Positions 59,485-64,000 of a stretch of DNA of 64,000 nucleotides are shown piece by piece; positions within the stretch are counted from its first letter, which is position 1, and each line of letters opens with the position of its first letter. This DNA comes from Bacteroidales bacterium. GTDB taxonomy: Bacteria; Bacteroidota; Bacteroidia; Bacteroidales; UBA3824. The notes below the pieces were generated by a model, which made no database searches, was not told the origin of the DNA, and was given only the letters and a program-made list of their open reading frames with translations. The DNA lies in contig JAKSUC010000011.1 in the NCBI GenBank assembly GCA_024413595.1, positions 5,343 to 69,342 of the forward strand. Reading direction: 5' to 3'. The position numbers were made by a program, and so were the translations under genes.

Positions 59485-60507
59485 CTATTTAAGCAAGAAT
59501 GGGAATTTATCAACGTTTTTAAGCGCAATACCAGTACCACGAGCCACAGCGTGTAATGGATCTTCAGCCACTTTAACAGGAAGGTTAGTTTTTTCAGACA
59601 AACGTTTGTCTAACCCTCTAAGCAAAGCACCACCACCAGTTAAATGAATACCATTTTTGAAAATATCGGCGTAAAGTTCTGGTGGAGTTTGTTCCAATAC
59701 ATTAAGGATAGCAGCCTCAATTTTACCAAGAGATTTATCAAGACAGTGAGCAATTTCTTGATAAGAGATAGGAATTTCAACAGGTAAAGCCGTCATTTGG
59801 TGAGGTCCACGAACCATATAATCAGCAGGAGGATCTTCCAAGTCAGTGATTGCCGAGCCAACATTAATTTTGATAGCTTCCGCAGTACGATCAAAAACTT
59901 TAATATTGTGTTGATGACGCATATATTCCATAATATCTTCGGTAAAATCATCACCAGCAATACGAATACTACGGTTACAAACAATACCACCTAAAGAAAT
60001 AACAGCGATTTCTGTAGTACCACCACCTATATCAACAATCATGTTTCCTTCTGGAGCTTCAACGTCAATACCAATACCAAGCGCCGCCGCCATAGGTTCA
60101 AAAATCATCCAAACTTCACGAGCACCAGCATGTTCAGCCGAGTCGCGAACAGCACGACGTTCAACTTCGGTACTACCTGAAGGAATACCAACAACAATTT
60201 TTATAGAAGGATTAAAGAATAGTCTTTTAGTATTTCCCATTTTTATCATACCGCGGATCATCATTTCAGCAGCTTTAAAGTCTGCGATAACTCCATCGCG
60301 TAATGGGCGAATAGTTCTAATGTTTTCGTGTGTTTTACCATGCATTAATTGAGCTTTGATACCAATTGCGATGGTTTTTTCAGAAAGATGGTCGATTGCT
60401 ACAATCGAAGGTTCGTCAACAACAATTTTATCATGCATTATGATAACCGTGTTGGCTGTACCCAAGTCCATTGCCAATTCCTGAGTTAAAAAAGAAAATA
60501 ATCCCAT
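59485..60507 (-). CDS. mreB: Rod shape-determining protein MreB
   Basis: DLGTANT, RPLRDGVIADF, EPMAAALG, DIGGGTTE, TGGGALLRG. Confidence 0.96.
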   Translation of the reverse strand: MGLFSFLTQELAMDLGTANTVIIMHDKIVVDEPSIVAIDHLSEKTIAIGIKAQLMHGKTHENIRTIRPLRDGVIADFKAAEMMIRGMIKMGNTKRLFFNPSIKIVVGIPSGSTEVERRAVRDSAEHAGAREVWMIFEPMAAALGIGIDVEAPEGNMIVDIGGGTTEIAVISLGGIVCNRSIRIAGDDFTEDIMEYMRHQHNIKVFDRTAEAIKINVGSAITDLEDPPADYMVRGPHQMTALPVEIPISYQEIAHCLDKSLGKIEAAILNVLEQTPPELYADIFKNGIHLTGGGALLRGLDKRLSEKTNLPVKVAEDPLHAVARGTGIALKNVDKFPFLLK

Positions 60508-60544
60508 GATATATTTTTTGTTTTTCTTGTTTCTATATTAATCA

Positions 60545-62077
60545 TTATAATTTTAAATGTCTATTACCAGTAAATAACATTGAAATATTGTTTTTATTAC
60601 AAAAATCAATAATTTCATTGTCATGTATGCTTCCGCCAGGTTGAATAATGCTAACAATACCTTCTTGATTTGCTAATTTTACACAATCGTCAAATGTAAA
60701 AAATCCATCAGAAGCTAAAACTGCATTATTAATGTCAAAACCAAAACATTTTGCTCTATCTATTGCAATTTTTAGAGCGTCAATTCTAGCGGTTTGACCA
60801 ACTCCTAACGCTAACATTTGATTGTCTTTTGCTAAAACAATAGCTGTAGACTTACAATGTTTTGCTATTTTGTTTGCAAAAACCAAACTTTCAATTTCTT
60901 TCTGGTTTGGTTTTGTATCTGTTACAATTTTATATTCGTTGTTAAGTTCTGTTTTTAAATCACGATCTTGATACAAAAAACCGTTTAAAGCAGATCTTAA
61001 ACTTGTTGTAGGCAACTTAGTATTTTTTTGACAAAGAATAATTCTATTTTTCTTAGTTGCCAAAATATCAATAGCCTCATCGCTAAAATTAGGCGCAATA
61101 ATAACGTCAGAAAAAAGACTATTTATTTCTTGAGCCACGTCTTTAGTGATAGTTCTATTTGTGATAATAACTCCGCCATAAGCAGAAATAGGATCACAAG
61201 CAAGACATTTTTGCCATGCTTTTAGCAAATTATTATCACAAGCCACGCCACATACATTAGTATGTTTAACAATAATAAATGTTGATTCAGAAAATTCGTT
61301 TATCAAATTAATAGCTGCGTCAACATCTAAAATATTGTTGTAAGACAAATCTTTGCCATTAAGTTTATCAAACATAGATTCAATGTTGCCAAAAAACATT
61401 GCTCTTTGATGTGGATTTTCACCATAACGCATTGTTTGATTAATATTTTCTGCAACGCGCAAACAATCATGAAAATTGTTTCCGCCACCGTCAAAATATT
61501 GAAATATTTTTGTGTCGTAATATGCAGAAATGGCAAATGCTTTTTTTGCAAGATTTCTTCGTTGTTCTAACGAAGTTACACCATTTTGACTTTCTAATAT
61601 TTGAAATAATTCGTTGTATTGTTCAATCGACGAAATTATAACAACGTCATTATAGTTTTTGGCAGCAGCTCTTATTAAAGCACTTCCTCCAATATCAATA
61701 TGTTCTATTATTTCTTGTTCTGTAAAATTTTGATCCACAGCTTTGTCGAATGGATATAAATCAACAATAACAAGATCAATGGTTGGTATCAAATATTTAG
61801 CAGTGTCAATGGCATCGTTTCCATTACTTCTACGTGAAAGAATTCCACCCATTATTTTTGGATGAAGAGTTTTAACACGTCCATTTAAAATTGAAGGATA
61901 GCCAGTAACACTTTCAACAGATTTACATTGAATGTTTAACTGTTCAATATATATTTGAGTTCCTCCCGAAGAATAAATATCAACTTCTAAATCTGCAAGT
62001 TTTTTGACAATGATATCAAGCCCAGTTTTATTATAAACTGAGATTAATGTTGAATTTATTTTTTTGTCAAAACTCAT
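60545..62077 (-). CDS. purH: Bifunctional AICAR transformylase / IMP cyclohydrolase
   Basis: LISVYNKTGL, GRVKTLHP, IDIGGSALIRAAAKN, RYGENPHQ, LSYNNILD, IIQPGGS; ATG at 62077. Confidence 0.92.
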   Translation of the reverse strand: MSFDKKINSTLISVYNKTGLDIIVKKLADLEVDIYSSGGTQIYIEQLNIQCKSVESVTGYPSILNGRVKTLHPKIMGGILSRRSNGNDAIDTAKYLIPTIDLVIVDLYPFDKAVDQNFTEQEIIEHIDIGGSALIRAAAKNYNDVVIISSIEQYNELFQILESQNGVTSLEQRRNLAKKAFAISAYYDTKIFQYFDGGGNNFHDCLRVAENINQTMRYGENPHQRAMFFGNIESMFDKLNGKDLSYNNILDVDAAINLINEFSESTFIIVKHTNVCGVACDNNLLKAWQKCLACDPISAYGGVIITNRTITKDVAQEINSLFSDVIIAPNFSDEAIDILATKKNRIILCQKNTKLPTTSLRSALNGFLYQDRDLKTELNNEYKIVTDTKPNQKEIESLVFANKIAKHCKSTAIVLAKDNQMLALGVGQTARIDALKIAIDRAKCFGFDINNAVLASDGFFTFDDCVKLANQEGIVSIIQPGGSIHDNEIIDFCNKNNISMLFTGNRHLKL

Positions 62078-62110
62078 GTCTAAAATTTGCAAATATATTA
62101 ATAAATTTAG

Positions 62111-63667
62111 TTATTGAGCTAACATTGCTTTAATTTCGTCAGCCAATTTAGATAATTCTACTTCTTTTTGAACTTTGCTTTTCCATTCGTTTTTGTCAGC
62201 AATAGAATTAGCAAGTTCTTTACCAAGTTTTAAATTTTTAACAGAAGCAACCCCTTTTTGAGCTTCGTCACCACCAATAATAATAGCCACAGGACAATTA
62301 TTTTTGTCAGCGTATGCCATTTGATGTTTTAAACCACGTTTAGCACCGTAATAAATTTCAGTGTCGATTCCAGCTTGACGTAATTGCATTGCTGTTTTTT
62401 GATATAATGGCATCAATTCATCGTCAAAAACAATGATAATTGCAGGTCCGTCAAAAGATTCAGGAGCTTGACCTGTTAAAGTTAATAATTCTGCTAAACG
62501 GTCAACACCAATAGAAGCACCAGTTGCGGGAACTTTAACACCAAGAAGATTTTCAACAAGTCCATCGTATCTACCACCTCCACAAATAGAACCAACTCTA
62601 CGTTCACGACCTTTTTCGTCTTTGTAAGTTTGTAAAGATTCTACTTCGTAAATTGGACCAGTATAATATCCTAAACCACGAACCATTCCAGGATCAAGAA
62701 TTGCAACTTCTTCATTATAACCTAAATCACGAAGAATATTGTCAATTTTTTCAAGTTCTTCAACACCTTCTTTATAAGTTGAGTTTTCAAAAGCAGGTTT
62801 AGATTTAAGTTTATTAATAACTTCTATACGTGAAGAATGTTTTTCAAAATCTTTGATAAATTGGATAATAGTATCAACATCGTTGTTGCTTAATCCTAAG
62901 CCAGGAATTTGAGCACCCGACACATCGTCTACCCTACCCTTACCTAATTCATTAGCAACAGCATCAATGCCAATTTTATCAAGTTTATCAATAACTCTCA
63001 TCACAGCCATTTCTTGTTCTTTGTCGGTGATTCCCGAAAAAGCAAGAAGACCGTTAACAACTTTTCTATTATTGATTTTAATTAAATAAGAACCTCTTTT
63101 AAGACCAATATTTTCAAGAGCTTGCGACAAAATCATACAATTTTCAGCGTCAGCACTTACATCTTCAGCCCCAACAGTATCAAAGTCCATTTGCCAAAAT
63201 TCACGAAAACGTCCTGGGTCTAATTTAGCTTCAAAACGATAAACAGGACCATATTGATAACGACGAAATAGATTAGTTTTACCTTGAATTTCGCCTCTTA
63301 AATGTTGTTGCCAAAGACTTTCGGCATAAACACGAGCTAATGGAGCAGTTAAATCATAACGCATTGCAACGTAGTGATTTTCCATTAAAACACGATTTTC
63401 TGCATCGCGTAATTCTTTACCATTAGTATCAAAAATTGGTTCTTGTTCAGGATTTTTAAATGAATAAACTCCTTGAGCAACACTATCTGCATCAGGAAGA
63501 TATTTTCCTAAACATTCAGCATATTCTAATATTGGAGTGTCAAATCTACTAAAGCCAAAACGGCGGTAAATTTCAGTTGCTCTATCTATAATTAATTGGC
63601 GTAGAATATTCTGACGCGGTGTTATATCTCTAAAGCCTTTAACTTTTTGCGGAACTATTCCTCTCAT
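62111..63667 (-). CDS. hisS: Histidyl-tRNA synthetase
   Basis: KGFRD, MRYDLTAPLAR, GRFREFWQMDFD, VRGLGYYTG, GGGRYDGL, GASIGVDR, anticodon-binding domain. Confidence 0.93.
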   Translation of the reverse strand: MRGIVPQKVKGFRDITPRQNILRQLIIDRATEIYRRFGFSRFDTPILEYAECLGKYLPDADSVAQGVYSFKNPEQEPIFDTNGKELRDAENRVLMENHYVAMRYDLTAPLARVYAESLWQQHLRGEIQGKTNLFRRYQYGPVYRFEAKLDPGRFREFWQMDFDTVGAEDVSADAENCMILSQALENIGLKRGSYLIKINNRKVVNGLLAFSGITDKEQEMAVMRVIDKLDKIGIDAVANELGKGRVDDVSGAQIPGLGLSNNDVDTIIQFIKDFEKHSSRIEVINKLKSKPAFENSTYKEGVEELEKIDNILRDLGYNEEVAILDPGMVRGLGYYTGPIYEVESLQTYKDEKGRERRVGSICGGGRYDGLVENLLGVKVPATGASIGVDRLAELLTLTGQAPESFDGPAIIIVFDDELMPLYQKTAMQLRQAGIDTEIYYGAKRGLKHQMAYADKNNCPVAIIIGGDEAQKGVASVKNLKLGKELANSIADKNEWKSKVQKEVELSKLADEIKAMLAQ

Positions 63668-64000
63668 GTTTTATAATTTTTTTTCTAAAATGGGCTTTAA
63701 CCCTAATTTTTTCCAAAAGTATAAAACATTCTATTTTTTTACTAATAGAAAATGATTTTTTTTTATTTTTTTTTTTAGTTTTTTATTTTATAAATATTGC
63801 TTGGGTTGTTTGGGTTGATTTATTTTTGATTGTAATATTATAATTTCCTGTTTTAAGGTCAGAAATATTAATATTAATTGGTTGATTTTGTATAATATCA
63901 ACATTTATTTTTTTTATCAATTGCCCAATATTTGTTGATATAATTATTTCTGATATACCTAATGTTTCGGAAGAACTAATATAAATATTATTTTGTGTAG

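Noticed and set aside
455-61551. Numerous 60-145 aa ORFs antisense to or overlapping long genes
   Set aside because: Shadow ORFs of AT-rich coding sequence; low-complexity L/F/I-rich translations without motifs
63668-64000. Possible RNA gene or CDS at the right edge
   Set aside because: Very AT-rich; no tRNA or other recognisable structure, and no supportable ORF

Overview
AT-rich bacterial chromosome segment, almost certainly Bacteroidales (SusC/SusD pairs, TAnnTTTG promoters, Bacteroidetes-type gene order). Housekeeping genes: lptB, a 3'-5' exonuclease, recQ, a PPIase/surA/MoxR cluster, ilvB-ilvN, an AddA-like helicase-nuclease, lpxK, PNP, ffh, folD, ilvC, mreBCD, purH, hisS. Accessory elements: three tandem surface lipoproteins (two BspA/DUF285 LRR), a xylan PUL (susC-susD-susC-susD-lipoprotein-GH10 with inserted CBM4-like modules), an Rpn-type PD-(D/E)XK gene, a truncated AAA-ATPase that shares a duplicated promoter with ilvC, and a GH43-GH51 cassette bracketed by an IS4-family remnant and a related MITE. 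The most unusual feature is a ~1.8 kb region without a credible long ORF (about 50300-52065) made of degenerate 42-bp-period repeats, partly in opposite orientations, followed by duplicated heptamer-repeat blocks. No rRNA, tRNA or CRISPR array was recognised. All calls come from reading motifs by eye; no database searches were run.
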